From: Vicugna vicugna
Lineage: Eukaryota
Reading direction: 5' to 3'
NCBI GenBank assembly: GCA_013265495.1
Contig: MU058345.1
Location: 124,001 to 188,000, forward strand
Length of the DNA: 64,000 nucleotides
Positions 11,601-24,665 of the stretch are shown in pieces. Within the stretch, counting starts at the first letter, position 1. Each line of letters begins with the position of its first letter. Position numbers and translations under genes: made by a program. Below the pieces are notes generated by a model that had not been told where the DNA came from, did not search any database, and saw nothing but the letters and a program-made list of their open reading frames with translations.

Positions 11601-14600
11601 AACGTCTTTGGACCTTTGTGTCCAAAGGATCTGAAAAAGGAGGCCACTGGAAAGGTGGTCACCAGGGCTTTCTCAGCCGTGTCTTTGATGACTCTCCTAC
11701 TTCAAACAATTCCTTGGTGAATTATTAGGTAAAGAGAAGCAGCCCTTTGATAAGTATGTCATTGCCTTCCAACTGATTGGCTGCGGAGAAGGAGGGGTGG
11801 TTTACTGGAGGGGGGGGGGCGTTCCCCGGGCTCCACAGTGACTTGAGAGCTAGCTAGCTCTGTCCTCAGCCCTGGCCATGGGCCTGGCCCGGAGTGGAAG
11901 CTCCCAGAGGGCCAGGCCGGGGGCTTTGTAACTTTGTTTGCACTTTGTCCTGCACCACCGGCTGGATGCTAACTCAAAGCTTTGTGGGGCTGGGGATAAA
12001 GCGGACGCCTCCCCTTGCCCTCAGCCCTTCTGACTCCTCTCACTTCCTCGGAAGACAATTCCTCACAAAGTTTTCCCAACGGGTTGCGCTGCCGCTGCTG
12101 TTCAGCTGACACCATAGCTGACGAGTTATTAAAAATCCTTCATTATTATTCTGTACTGTCTCTCTCCCTCCTCCCTCCCTGCCCTGCCCCAGGCTTCCGA
12201 GGCCCATGGCTGTCACTGAGAAATGCCTGCAGGCCCCAGCCAAGCAGAGCAGGCTTCTCCACTCCCTGCCTCAAAGTGGCCCCCACAGACGTGGCAGCTG
12301 GCCAGAGGCGCTGGGTCTCCCCCAGGGCTGGGGGTCCTCACACCAGGGCTCCCGATCCTGCTTTGGGCAGAACTCAGGGAGCGTGTGCAGGCACCTCGGT
12401 GCTCAGAGGTCTTCATATCAAGAAATGGTTGGAAAGGGACTTGCGCCTCCCAGGTATCTTGGTTACGGAGACACCTCGGAGGTGTGCCCATTCCAGATGA
12501 CATCCGGGACCACGATGCTTCATCCCCTGGGGAAAAAGCGACAGGCTAACTCCATCATCCCACTCCCTGAGCTGGGGGTCCAAACCTAGCTCATCCATCA
12601 CACGTCCTGATAATCAGATTTGGCTGCAGCAAGAACAGAACAGAATGCCCAGCTCCTGTCCCCGGTGCTGCAGCGACAGGTCCTGAGAGATGGGGAGAGC
12701 CTTGCTCCTTGGAAGAGGGAGGCCAGGGCCCAGAGGGAACAGTCTCTGTTCCAGGGTCATGTGGCAAGCAGGCAGAGTCTCGGAGCAGCTCGGTGCCTCG
12801 ACAGCGCCCTCTGCACTGCAGAGCTTCCCTCCGGCACCCTGCACGGCAGGCACTTTCCATGTGGCCTTCCCCCCGGGCAAGAGGTTGCAGGGTCGGAGCT
12901 GTGGGTGGGAAGATGAATGTTTGGTCTCTGCCTCCCGAGCTGGGGTCCATTCACTTATTCTATGTCGCATTTTTCTCTGCTCACACTTGCCTCTTAAGAT
13001 CTAACTCACTCTTCCCAGTGTCTCAAGTATCAGACTCCTTTTGTCCTGAACCTCATAGGTGAGTTCAGTCCCACTTTCTAGGATCCAGCCCCTGGGGCAG
13101 AAAGCTCTGGGCAGCTGGGTCGAGACAAGAGTTAAGTGTCCATAATCAGCCTGCGAATTCAGGGGCTACTTCCCACCTGGTTTTGGCCTCCGGGTTAAGT
13201 TGATGTCTTTTATTTGTCTCTACCTTTGTACGCCCAGATGAATCTGAACCATCCATCCATCCAGAGGTGGGGAGGCAGAAGAGACTGGACATTAGAGTTG
13301 AAGTAAAATCGTAGTTAAGGATGCTGGCCTTTAAGATTGGGGTCGGGGTATAGTCAGAGCTGGGGCCTGGGGTTGACCAGTGCTCAGTCCCGGCACTGGG
13401 ATAGGGAGGAGGGGTCAGGCTCAAAACAGGGGTGGCCATTAAGGATGGGGGTTAAGATTTGGTTTCTGTGTTCATTTATTCAATAAATACCCATTGATCT
13501 CTTCTGCTGACCAGGCCCGGAGGGTATTTGAGATGTGCTGCCTTCAGAAAGCTCATGGTCTAGTTGGGGTTTGGGCTTACAGTGATTGCTAAGATTGGTC
13601 TGGGTTGGAATTAGTGTTGCGGTTGAGGCTGGGTTAGGGGTTCCGGCCTGAGATTAGTGTTGAAGTAAGGATAAGGGTTAGAGGAGGTGTAATCATGCAG
13701 ACTGGTGGGGGGCTTCTGTGTAAGTTCCTTCCTCCAAGGCTCTGCTCCTTAATTCCCCCTCCCACTGCTTGCCCAAGCCCGGCTCTGCTGTCTCAGGCAT
13801 CCCGGACTTACTGGAATCCGTTTAATGACAGCAACCATCTGCTACCCCTCCTGGTGATCAGCCTCTTCTCCTTCCCTCTTCTGCTCCTCCTTCTGCCTTT
13901 CCCGGCGGGGTTCCTGCGACCTGCCTTCCTGGGGGCAGCCTGACACCCCTGCCCTCAATCTCAGCTCAAGTCCAGGGAGTCTCCGGCCCTCGCCCCCCTT
14001 CTCCACTCCGCCTCCCTGCGTTATACAACCACCCCGCGCTCCTCCTGCCCCTCCGCCCCAGCCCCCCTGACCCCGGGCTCGCCCACTTCAGTGCCCACAC
14101 GTTTGGGACCCTCTGTCTTCAGGGCAGTTCTCGTGGTTCTCTGGCCTCCCCTTGTTTCCCTTCTTGCCTTTAAGCAACGTTCCTCATGACTCCCTCCCTC
14201 CTTCTCCTTTGATCCGTTTTCCAGGGTCCCGTCAGAAGTCCCCTGCGGCTCTTATTTCAGTCTGCCCTTCCTTCTCTGTTAATTCCCTTCAGGGAACCTC
14301 CCGCCCCATCCCTCCCATCCCTCCAACTCACCGCCTCTCGGGCTGGAGAAATTTCTTTTCATCTCCCCTTGTCAGTCATGTGGGGCAGATCCTTCCAGGG
14401 GATGCAAGGGGCTGAGGGATGCTGGAGGGGGGGGCACGGAGTAGGGAGGTAGCGCTTCCTCCCGTGTTTCATTCCAGGGTGAAACAGCATGACTCCAGGG
14501 CCATCCCTCTTCTCCCTCCATTAGCCCCATGCTGAGAACTTAGCAGGTGGCTGGATGAAACGCCTGGATCTCAGGAATGGCTTGGGAAGGAAGTTCCAGA

Positions 14601-17559
14601 ATTTCCTGAGCAAAGGTCACACTGCTCCCATTCCTGCCTTCCATTCAGAGAGTCTGTTCATCAGCCTGCTGAGGGCCGGGTTTCCAGAGGCTTCTGTCTG
14701 TTCCCCACCGTCCTCCCTGTCTTGTTCTTGCTCTTGGAGCCCTCGAGTGCTCCCCTGAGAACTTTCTCCCACCTGACCCCTTCCGCCCTTCCTTCCGAGG
14801 ACTGTGAGCTTGATTGACTTTGATACGCAGGGAAGGCATAAGCCGCTCGTTGGAATGCACGGCACCCTGTCCCCCTCACAGAGAGATAATCGAGGAGGAA
14901 TATTGGCTCGTCCAGGAAACGAGGTGCTAAATTTGTTGTGAGATTGGTGTCACGAGCAATCAAAGGGAGCCTCTCCCGATCGAGGGCTGGGCAGCTAAAT
15001 GAGAAATCATTAGGTTATTGCAGAGACCAGGGCAATGGAGGTGGAGGAAGGAGAGATCCCCCCTCCCCACTGCCGCATTCCCCTGGGGGGCAACACAGGG
15101 AGATCAAAAAGGGAAGGAAAGAATCAGAGATGCAGAGAGACAGCGTGAAAGGAGAGGCAGGCTGCTTTCTCCAAGGTTTCTCCTGTACCCGGATGTCTGT
15201 ACCTCCACCAGTGACGTGCTCCTGGCTTCCCCTCTGGCTCCTGGGCCATCCTGAGGCTGACACAGGACACAGGACAAGTTTTTGGTGAGTAGAAAAGTTG
15301 AAAAGGGCGCACAGGAGTAGCTGATGAGGGCACAGGCCAAAATGGCTGGTTTGGATGAGATGGAAGAGGAAAATCAATACCTTCTTTACCACCACTCTAG
15401 GAAGACTGCCTGGAGGTGGGGGCTTTGAAGGATGTGTAGCAGACACTGAATGAGTGTAGGTATAAACCTGCTAGGAATGATGGGGTTGGCATGTGTATCT
15501 GTAGCATGCTCTCCCCTTTCTGTTAAACTCCTTCATGGAAATAAGGCCATAGAGCTGGCCTGGCTTTCACATACTTTGGGGTCCCAGGAGCAGCCATCAG
15601 TGTGCATGGCCTTGAAGAGAAAGTCTGTCCATGAAACCTCACCACGGATTTCCGGTTGATCACCATGTCCCCCATCAATGTCCTGTGAACTTCCGACAGT
15701 GGTTAGACAAATGGCCTTTGTCTCCCTGGCCTTCCTGCATTCCTGGGGTACTTGTGTTTCATCTGACAAGCAAACTGAGGCAGGTGGAACAGGAAAGAGC
15801 AGGAGCAGACAGAGAGACCAGCGTTCGTCAACCCCGAAAACCTACCTCTGGGTCTTCCCCACCCTGCGCCGGGCGCTGCCTGTCGAATGTCGCCATGTTG
15901 AGACCCTGCTCGTACCGCTGTTAATTACAGAGCCTCCTCTTGCAGGCTCCCTCAGCTCCCTGCAGCAAATTAACATTCCGTGCCCGTTGCACGTGTAGAA
16001 TGAACCGAGTTAGATGGATCGATGGAGCAGCCGGTCGGAGCTGCTTTTACTTTATGCAGGATTGATCCAGATGACCCCAACTTGAGGCCTCTAGAAGCGC
16101 CTTTGCGGGAAATCTTTTTAATGGAGATTAATTGGAAAAGCCTAGAATGTCCTAGTTGTAGGCGGAAAGTGCCCCATTCTCCCTTTAGGCGGCTACACAT
16201 CAACTCTTGTATACAGACGTGCAGAAACACACACAAGTTCACTAGACATGTGGATGCGAACAAGGACACATACCCCTCCCCCCCCACCACATATACACAC
16301 ACGACACGCGGTCTTGTCCTCACACCACCAAACAGCTGGCATGGTCCTTCTGATTCTTCTAAGCCCATCCCGGCACCTTACCAGATAGACACACTGTGGC
16401 TCTGTGCAGCCTGGATCAGCCCTGACTTCCACCTTTGTCTTTCTGAATCTAGACCTCTTTCTATGTCTATGTCCAGTCTTTCCCAGAAGCCTAGAAGTTT
16501 CTGGAGGGCAGAGACTGAGGAATGCCCAGAAGGAGAAAGGGTTTAATTTTTAAAGAGAGGTGACCTTGGTTCCAATTTCTTTATGTGCCTGAATTCCAGC
16601 CACTTCCAACTGCTCACTGGTCTTTTATGTCTCTAAGTCTTGGCTCACGCTGTTCCCTTTGTCTGGAATGCCCTCTCTGCGGCTTTCTGGCTGTTGAAAT
16701 CCTTCTTGTCTTCAAGACTCAATGCGTTTCTAAACAGTAAATGTGGATTTATTAAATACCTACTGTGTGCCAAGCCAGGCCTCCAATGTTTAACCCATAT
16801 GATGTAAAAAGGACTGAGAGCTAACAAAGGCCAAGAAGATAGGGGGCTCAGCCTAAGGCAAGACCGGTGTGGAAGTCAGACCTGTGAAAAAATACAACCT
16901 GTTCATTGATGTAACACACTTTCTTCTATGTCACTCCATCAGGACTCTCAACATGCTGTATTGCCTGGGTACGTGGGTGTGTTCATTAGACTGTAAGCTG
17001 GGTGGTGGCAGCTTGTTCACTTTGCATCCCAGAGCCCAGAACAGTGCCTGGTATGTAGCAGACACTCAGAAAATGTTTGTTACATGAATGAATGCATGTT
17101 GAATTGAGTTGACCTTCTCTGGGTGCAGGTGAACTCATTCAGATAATCAAATAACAAACATTTATTGAGGACCTACTGTGTGCAAAGCTCTTCTGTACTA
17201 GGCACCGTGGGGGATGCACAACTGAGATCCCACCAGTTTCCTCAAGGAGTTCACAATCTCTGCATGTGAAACAGGAGTCAGAATAATCTACAGTATGGCT
17301 ACAGACTAAATGTTGAAGTTTCGTGGTTAATTTTCCATGGGACAGAAGTCTTCCTTATCCTTGACTGCCATCCTAGATGGCTTTTTTGAACTGTTCTTTT
17401 CCCTGCAGATGGCTTTGTTGAGAATTCCTTCCTTTAAACTTCACTACTGCAAACCATTTCGGTCTACCTTGATCGAAATGTTACAAATTGATTATCTGAT
17501 AGGTGTGTGTCCAAAGTAAGAAGGCAATATATGAGGTGTGTGAATAGAATCATAAAGTA

Positions 17560-17740
17560 CCAGTATTGAAAGGGGTCTTTAATATTGCCCAGAGCCCTCT
17601 GGAACATCGTGGTCTCGTGGTCATCCTTCTTTATCTTGAACACTTCTAGTGACAGGGAGCTCACTGCCATGTGCTGTTAGAAAGTTCTTATATGAATGAA
17701 AAAATCTGCTTCCCTGGGAGCCAGTCCTTAATGTCTGGTC
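17560..17740 (-). mobile_element. CR1/L3 LINE 3'-end fragment
   Basis: Minus-strand translation AVSSLSLEVFKIKKDDH resembles the CR1 ORF2 terminal motif V.SPSLEVFK.RLD.HL. Confidence 0.6.
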
Positions 17741-20700
17741 TAGGGGTCTGTAATGAAGGCTTAGTAATGGGACCTGGGGATGCACTTGTGTTACGTACAG
17801 GCTTGTGGCACGCCTGCCAAGTCTGTCTTTCTTGGAGGCACCAGAGAAGAGCCAGTGCCAAGGTGGAGAGCCCTCGTCAGAGCCCCGTGCCTGCCCGGAC
17901 TGGTTGCTCCCTGGCTCATAGAGTCAGACAGCCCGCCTGGAAGTGCCAGAGAAAGCTGCGCAGGCACCTGTGATGAAGGGTTTCTGAGTCTGGGAGGAGA
18001 AGGTCTAAACACCTGGCTCTGATCGGCAGTTCTTTCTTTTCTCTAATTTTGTGGGGAGCAGGGTACGGGGTGGGGGGGTGCCGGCATACAATAAAGCTCA
18101 TTAAACTTAGAAGTGAAGGCGTGTCCTTCAGAGCTCCTGTCTGGGGTCAGAAGACCTGAGTTTCTTTCTGGCTCTTTTGGTTTCGGGGTGAAAGCGAGTT
18201 GCCCTCCTTTCCGATGCCCCAGCCCTCACCTTTCTGGATTTCTCAGAGTTCAGGCTATTTATTCTGGAGACTGTTCCTAAACGTGCTAGAAGACCTCTGG
18301 GGAGAGGGCCTGGGGACCGGCCTGCATTTCTTCCTGGGCTGCGAGCCTGGTGAGGGGCCTCCAGGGTGCCATCCTCACTCCTTTCAGATTGCTCTCTGAA
18401 GCCGCGTTCGTAACAGTGGTAAGGAAGAGTGTTAAAGCAAGCGGAGGGGGGCTTTCAGAGCAGAACTAGCAGGGGTGCCTGCCCATCTGCCTGGGGGAGG
18501 AGCCAGAGGGGAGAGGTCAGCCCCCAGGCGGAACCCCAGGAAAGGCCGGGTGGCCGGAGCTGCAGGGGTGACCCACTGATCGCCCTCCTGGTGGGCACAC
18601 TGCTGCCTGGGGCGAGGACATCTGTGGGAGCAGGGAGGGAGGAAAACAGCGCCTCAGGCTCTTCATTTGTGGGGAGAGACAGAACCCGGTCCTCCACTGC
18701 CTTTAGAATTATCTCAGATAACAGCCCACCTCATTGTCTTCCCCACTCCACCCCCCCCACCACCACTGCCTTGGCTAATCCTTTCAAAAATCCCTTCCAT
18801 TTCTCAAGGATTTCACTCCTTTTCTTTGACCTAAATGCTCAAGACCTTCTGATGAGGCCAGAGGGTGGTAATCCGCCCCAGATCTCCCTTCCCCTCCACC
18901 CGAATGGCCCCCAGAGGCCTCTGCTGCCCCCTCCCCTCCTCCAGTGTCTTTCCATCTGCTCCTGTCCCTTCTGTCCATCCTGTCTCCTCTCCCAGAGGGT
19001 CCCGTCACTTCTCTTCCTGGCTTTCACTTCCCATCTTTATCCGTCTTCCCAGCCTTCTCCTCCATCCTTTCTCACTGCTCCTGTCCCCTCCCTCCTTTTA
19101 GGGAAGGAGGGCTTCCAGCTAAAGATGCCTCCCCTCCCATCTTGTCCCAACCATCTGTGCAGGATGGGATGGTTTTGGGGTGTGCCCTGCCCCTGGAGAG
19201 GGGAGCCCTGTGTCATTGGGAGGCTGGCTCAGAAGCCACCAGAGTTTGGAGACAGGCCCACCCCAAATACCTCTCTCCTTTGCTGGACCCCATCTTCTTT
19301 AAAATAAAGGCTTTGGATGGTGATCAAGGCCCTTTCCAGCTCCAGCCTTCAGATTCTCTTTCTAGTTGAACACTCTTCTCTTTCCCTGTCTCGTCTCTGT
19401 CTTGTCCTCTGTCTCTCTCGTATCACAGTGTCTCCTCAGCCCCTTCCTTCCTCCCAGCAACCTTTTACCACCCTTCCCACCCTTCCTGCCACCAGCTCTC
19501 CCCTCTTCTGCTTGGCTCTCTGTTTTCTGTCTGTGACTCCCTCTTGCCACCCTTTTTTCTATTCTCATTTTGTCTTTGCACGTTGGGCCCTCTTTTTCAG
19601 CGTCTGGGGACTGCTGGAGACCCAGGTGTTTGTGCCGCCTCATCCCTTTGCTCCTGTCGGCCATGGGGAGGCAGGTGCAGGGCCTGGAGTGGGGAAGGGT
19701 GGGGCAGGAGATCTCTCTTCCCGGCCTTCCCTCCCTCCAGCCCCCGGGGTCTTGCTCCATCTCTTCCAGCCTTCTCTGGTTTGGTGACTGCCCTCACTTT
19801 CTGCTCTCTCTTCTCCATCTCTCGCCCTCTTTCCTCGTATCCTCTGTCTCCTCTCCGAGCTAAGTCCTTGCCGGCCACCTGCCCCCCCTCTCCCGCATCG
19901 CCCTTCCCTTGCCCATTGATGCCAGATTGAAATTCAGTTTTTCAGCAGAACCCTCCACCATCCCTGCCACCCCCCCTTTCTGCTCCCGCCTGTCATACCT
20001 GCTGCAGCCAACCCCACTCGGGCTCACCATGCCATTGTCCTTCCCAGAGAACATTCTCAGGGTCCCCTGCCAAGGGCACATTTGCATAAAGTTGTCAGAT
20101 CAGGCCTGGCCCAGGTGCCTCCGGCTGGCAGGACAGAGGGGCTGGAGGTCCAGATGGGGCAGCAGGGGGAATGTTTCCAGCCGCACCTGCCAGTCTTTTT
20201 GGTTCAGGAGCTCAGCGTCCTTGTGAGTGGGCCTGGGTTGGCAGGTCACCTCAGAGATCCAGAATTGCCTGTCCTCTGTCCTCTTTTTCCCCCACCATGA
20301 ACCTAGTAGGAGGGGAGATGAGGAACTCTGACGGGAAGTTCCTTACAGGGGGAAACAAAGATGCATTGCGTGGGTTCCCTCAGCCACTGTCTTGGTGTCA
20401 CTAACGGGCAGATCTCCCTCTGCCCTGCTGGGAGGAAATGCCAGGATGGCCCCAGGGACACCAGCAAGGTCTGGCTGAGGCCCCAGGAGAGCAGGAGATG
20501 CAGCAGAATCCTAGAACCTTAGAGCTGGAAAGGCCCTTAGGGGCCAAGTACTTCAGCTCCCTCTCGTTACAGTTTAAGGAAACTGAGACCCACGGTAGAG
20601 TGAAGTGACACCTCTCCCCCTACAAAGTGGCGCATTTGGATGGGGCAGAGCCAGGACCAGACAAGCCCACAGCCCTGACTGCTCTGCCCCCCACCCCACC

Positions 20701-21584
20701 GCCCCACACCTGTTCCCGCTGGTGCTGGGCTGGTCCCCTGTCTCTCTCAGGGTCCTGTGCCTGCCTCTTTTGGTGACTGGTACACTGGCCCAGACGATCA
20801 ACTCGTGTGCCCTGTCACCGTGAATACCAGCCCGCAGCCAGGCCCTGCAGCACCTCTGGTCTGTTCAATGCGGGGAAGCCAGGCCAGATTGTGGTCACTT
20901 GTAAAAGCCCATCTGGTCCCTGGAAAGCGTCCCCTTCAGCTGTCCCTACCATACCCCAGCCTTGGAGACAGACACCCGGATGGCTTGGCTAAGTAGGCTG
21001 CGGGGAGGGAGGAGAGACTGGTTCTTCTGCCTCTGGCTTTGACCTCCTGGGATGAGAAAGGCCTCAAAGTGGTAAGGAGGTGATGGTAGGCAGCCAGAGA
21101 GTCAAGGAGGGGGGCATTCGAGGCCCCTGCTGCTCACTGTCTGTTTCACATCAAACTGTGAACCCAAAAGCAAAGTACTTTGATGTGGTAAATGCTGGTG
21201 GGCAGCCGAGTGGGGGGTGACAGTAGTCTCTGAATGTTTATTAACTTGTCTTTGGGGTGTTAACCTGGTACCCCATCACCAGATCTCTCCTCACAGCCAA
21301 GACTGAGGTGACCTGCTGTGAGCAAGTCAGTGTGTCCTTGGCTTTCTGAACCCTGACCCGTCACCTGTAGAGGGGCTATAGTCTCCAAGTCCCATCATGC
21401 TTGGACAGTTTTGGATTCTGGGCTGGGCTCTGTATAAGGCAGAATCAACAGAACCCACTCCTCACACCCTGTCAGCTGGGCAGGAGTGGCATTTCCCTGT
21501 TGGCAGCGTCTGGGCTAAGGGTCCTGAACCCGCTTCTCTCACCGCATCCGTATGTCTCTGCTGCCAGCAGCCAGGGTCTCTGTC

Positions 21585-21705
21585 TTCCTCTCATACACAC
21601 TCTCTCCCTCTCTCTCCTCCTTCTCCCCCTCTCTCTCCTCCTTCTCCCCTGCCTTCTCTCCTCTATCAAAAGTGCAAATCTTCCTTTCTTCTCTCCTCTC
21701 CCCTT
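21585..21705. repeat. Polypyrimidine (CT-rich) tract containing a perfect 21-bp tandem duplication
   Basis: ctctctctcctccttctcccc x2 at 21608-21649. Confidence 0.85.
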
Positions 21706-24621
21706 TGCTGGCCCAGCCCAGAGAATTGCAATCCTCTTTTCTCTGAGAGAATCCAAGCGCGGGGTACGGGGGCCTCTCTGACTGCTGTATTTTTCATAGA
21801 GCAGGAAGGGGATGGCTGTGGTGGGGGTACAGGCTGGGGGGAGATGTGACAGCCGGGGAAGGGAGGGAGAGTGGCAGGAGGAACAGTGGAGTGAGGAGAG
21901 ATTTAGTTCCATCTGAAAGCTGTCGGTGTGTATCAAAGGCATCCCTTTGAACCGGCAGCGATCTGGAGTGCAGAGCGCGGGGACTGCTCCGGCCCAGGGG
22001 GTTCATTACTGCTTGTGTGATAAATCCGGGGAGACAGGGCTCGGCCTCCACCACCCCGTTCTCCCGCAGCCTGGCTTCCTTGGTGTCTCCTGCATGTGGC
22101 CCCGCTCCCTCTGTGGTTCCAGGCAGGCCTGGCAGGCCAGGCTCTGGGAACTCGACCACCAAGGTACATGTGCCAAGACAGAGGGGTGGAAAGGCGCCCG
22201 TGGGTGGTGCAGAAATGCAGAGGTGCAAGGGGAGGGGGGGTGAGTGTGCACCGGTGAACATGTGTGCTTATGTGTGATGGTACACGGGTGTCCACAGGAG
22301 TACACAATGTGCGTCTGGAATCTGTAAGCATTTCCAGCCTTTCCCAGACAGATATAGAGGTCACTTCCTACTTCTCAGTCAAAAATGAGATTTGACCTCT
22401 CTGTTCTCACCAGGCCTTTGTAGGAGCCTGGTCCCCAACCCCGGGGACAGGCCCAGTGGGAACAGGAGGTGTGTTCACCCACAGAGACGGGGACAGGTGG
22501 CCTCTCCTGTGCTGTCCTGCACTGAGGACACAGGAGGGAGTTGGAGAGAGAGCAGAGCCGGAAGGCAGTGTCGCCCCGGAAGCTCAGGGTTGAGGAGGAG
22601 ACATGGGATGGTGCTGAGACAAGAGGAGGGGGTCCCCTAGTCAGGGCACAGTATCCAAGGGAGACGGAGAGGTGCCAGGGGGCCAGTTTGCACAGTGCCC
22701 AGGGCCTGAGCCCCAGGGGTGGGGAGAGTGGGAAGACAGCTGTGGCCGGGCTGATGAGATGGCTTTCCGGGGGGGCCAGGTGTGCTGCCTCCAACACTTA
22801 GCAGCTGCAAAACTGGAAGGAAGTGCTTGTGTCTCTGAACCTTAGAGCCCTGTTAGGGATGATAATAGCACCTACCTCATCGGGTTTGTGTCCCTTCAGT
22901 GAACTAGCCTTGGTGAGGTGCTTGGCACAGTGACTGGCACTTTATAAGAAGGAGCTATTAATTATCACTCCCTTCCTGCTAGTGGACATGGTGGCTTAAA
23001 AGGGGGTGTTTTGTGATTCACTGAAATCTCTCTAGATGCTCCTGATGGTCCTTCCAGTCTTTGGAACCACTCTCCCCTCCTGGAGGGACATTTACATCAA
23101 GCCTTCTCCTGCGGTTGGTGGCGGCACGTGCGGCGAGTCCCCCTTGGCTGTAGAGTACAGGCCAGCCCGGGTCTGAGGACGGAGCACGACCTCCCCGGGG
23201 TGCGGGGCCGTGAACACGGTTAAGATGCACGTCTGAGTGTCGGGCGGAGATCAGAAGTAGCAGGTGGGCGCAGAGCTCGGGGGCACCAGGAGTTCGCTGG
23301 GGTGGGGGCCGTGAGTCCAGTCCGTCCATCCAGGAAATATTTCTTGGGAATTCCTGTGGGACAGCAGGGCACAAAGAGCAGGGACTGCAGCCTGAAAGCC
23401 TGCACTCCTGCCCATCTCTGCCACTTCACGTCGGAGCCTAATGTCCCTTTGTTATAACATGGACGTCATCACCGCCACTGTGCCCTGGGTTAGACCGCGC
23501 TGGGGACGGTGTCTATAGGACATCTGCACTGGTGCCTGGCACACAGCCAGCATCTTATAATTGGGAGGTTAAGGAACGTTGCTGGGATTGAAGGGACAGC
23601 AAAGGGAAATCAAGGCATCTCTGTGCGCTGAGGGCTCCCAGGAGAGGGAGAGACAGAAACGCACACACGTGAGGAACTTCCAGTCCAAGGCAGGCAGTGA
23701 TAGGTGCTGCAACCAGAAGCCCAGACGATGCGGGAGGGGACTAGGGACGGGAACCATTCCCAGGTGGAGGCCAAGGAGCCTCTGTGGCGGGTGGTAAGGG
23801 CCAGGGTTACCTAGAAGAAAGGAGGTCTCGGGGGTGGGCTGGGAGGAAGCTGACGGGAAACTAGGGTTTCTCCAGCTCTGATCTCTCCTCGTCCTGTGTG
23901 AGGAGCCCACAGGTCCCACCCAACAGCACCCTTGTTGCAACCGTCATTTCTCCCCAGGGTCCCTCTGTGCTCCCCTTGCCCTCCCCACCCTGTTCGGCGC
24001 TTCACCTGCCTGCATGCCCTGTCTGCACCTGCTAGGAATACTGGTGGCAGCACTGGGGGTAGGGGGGCTTCTGGAGTCTGAGGACCACCCCAGCTTCATG
24101 GCAATGTGTCTGAAGGACAGGATTGAGCTGGAGAGGCGCCCTGGCCCCCTGTGACCACACTCCCCATCACCTCCCTGCCCTGCTGCCCCCTGTCTCCCAG
24201 CGACCCTCAGGCGGCCTGCTTTTCTGCCGTGGCCCGGGCCTCTGGGAATCCAGGGCGTCTCTGCGTCACCAGTGCTTCTCTCTGCGTCTCTGCCCTGGGC
24301 CTCTGACTTCTTTCCTGGCCTCTTTCTAACCAAGATCCCCTCTTCCCTTCCTGTCTCTCCTCCAGTCTCCTTCCCCGCCTTCGCTCTCCCTCTGCCTGGT
24401 GGATGTCTGTCTTTGTCTCCGCTGCTCTGCTCGGTGTCATTGGCGCCTCCGCCAGCCTCCCCGTCAGTCTGTATGCATGTGTGTGCGCCCGCGTGTGCGA
24501 GCTCCCGCGCCCCGTGTACAGCACACTCCTTCGGTGCCTGTCTTCACAATGGCTGCTTGAGAGCTGTGACGGTGTCTGAAGACAGGGAGGCGGTGGGGTG
24601 AGAGCAGGCGGGGATTCACTT

Positions 24622-24665
24622 ACACACACACACACACACACATACACACACACACACACACACAC
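24622..24665. repeat. (CA)n microsatellite, ~22 units with one TA interruption
   Basis: acacacaca...catacacaca...cacac. Confidence 0.97.

Noticed and set aside
18429..19307. 292-aa plus-strand ORF in intron 1
   Set aside because: Non-ATG start, P/S/L-rich product of a pyrimidine-rich tract, no domain and no convincing exon structure.
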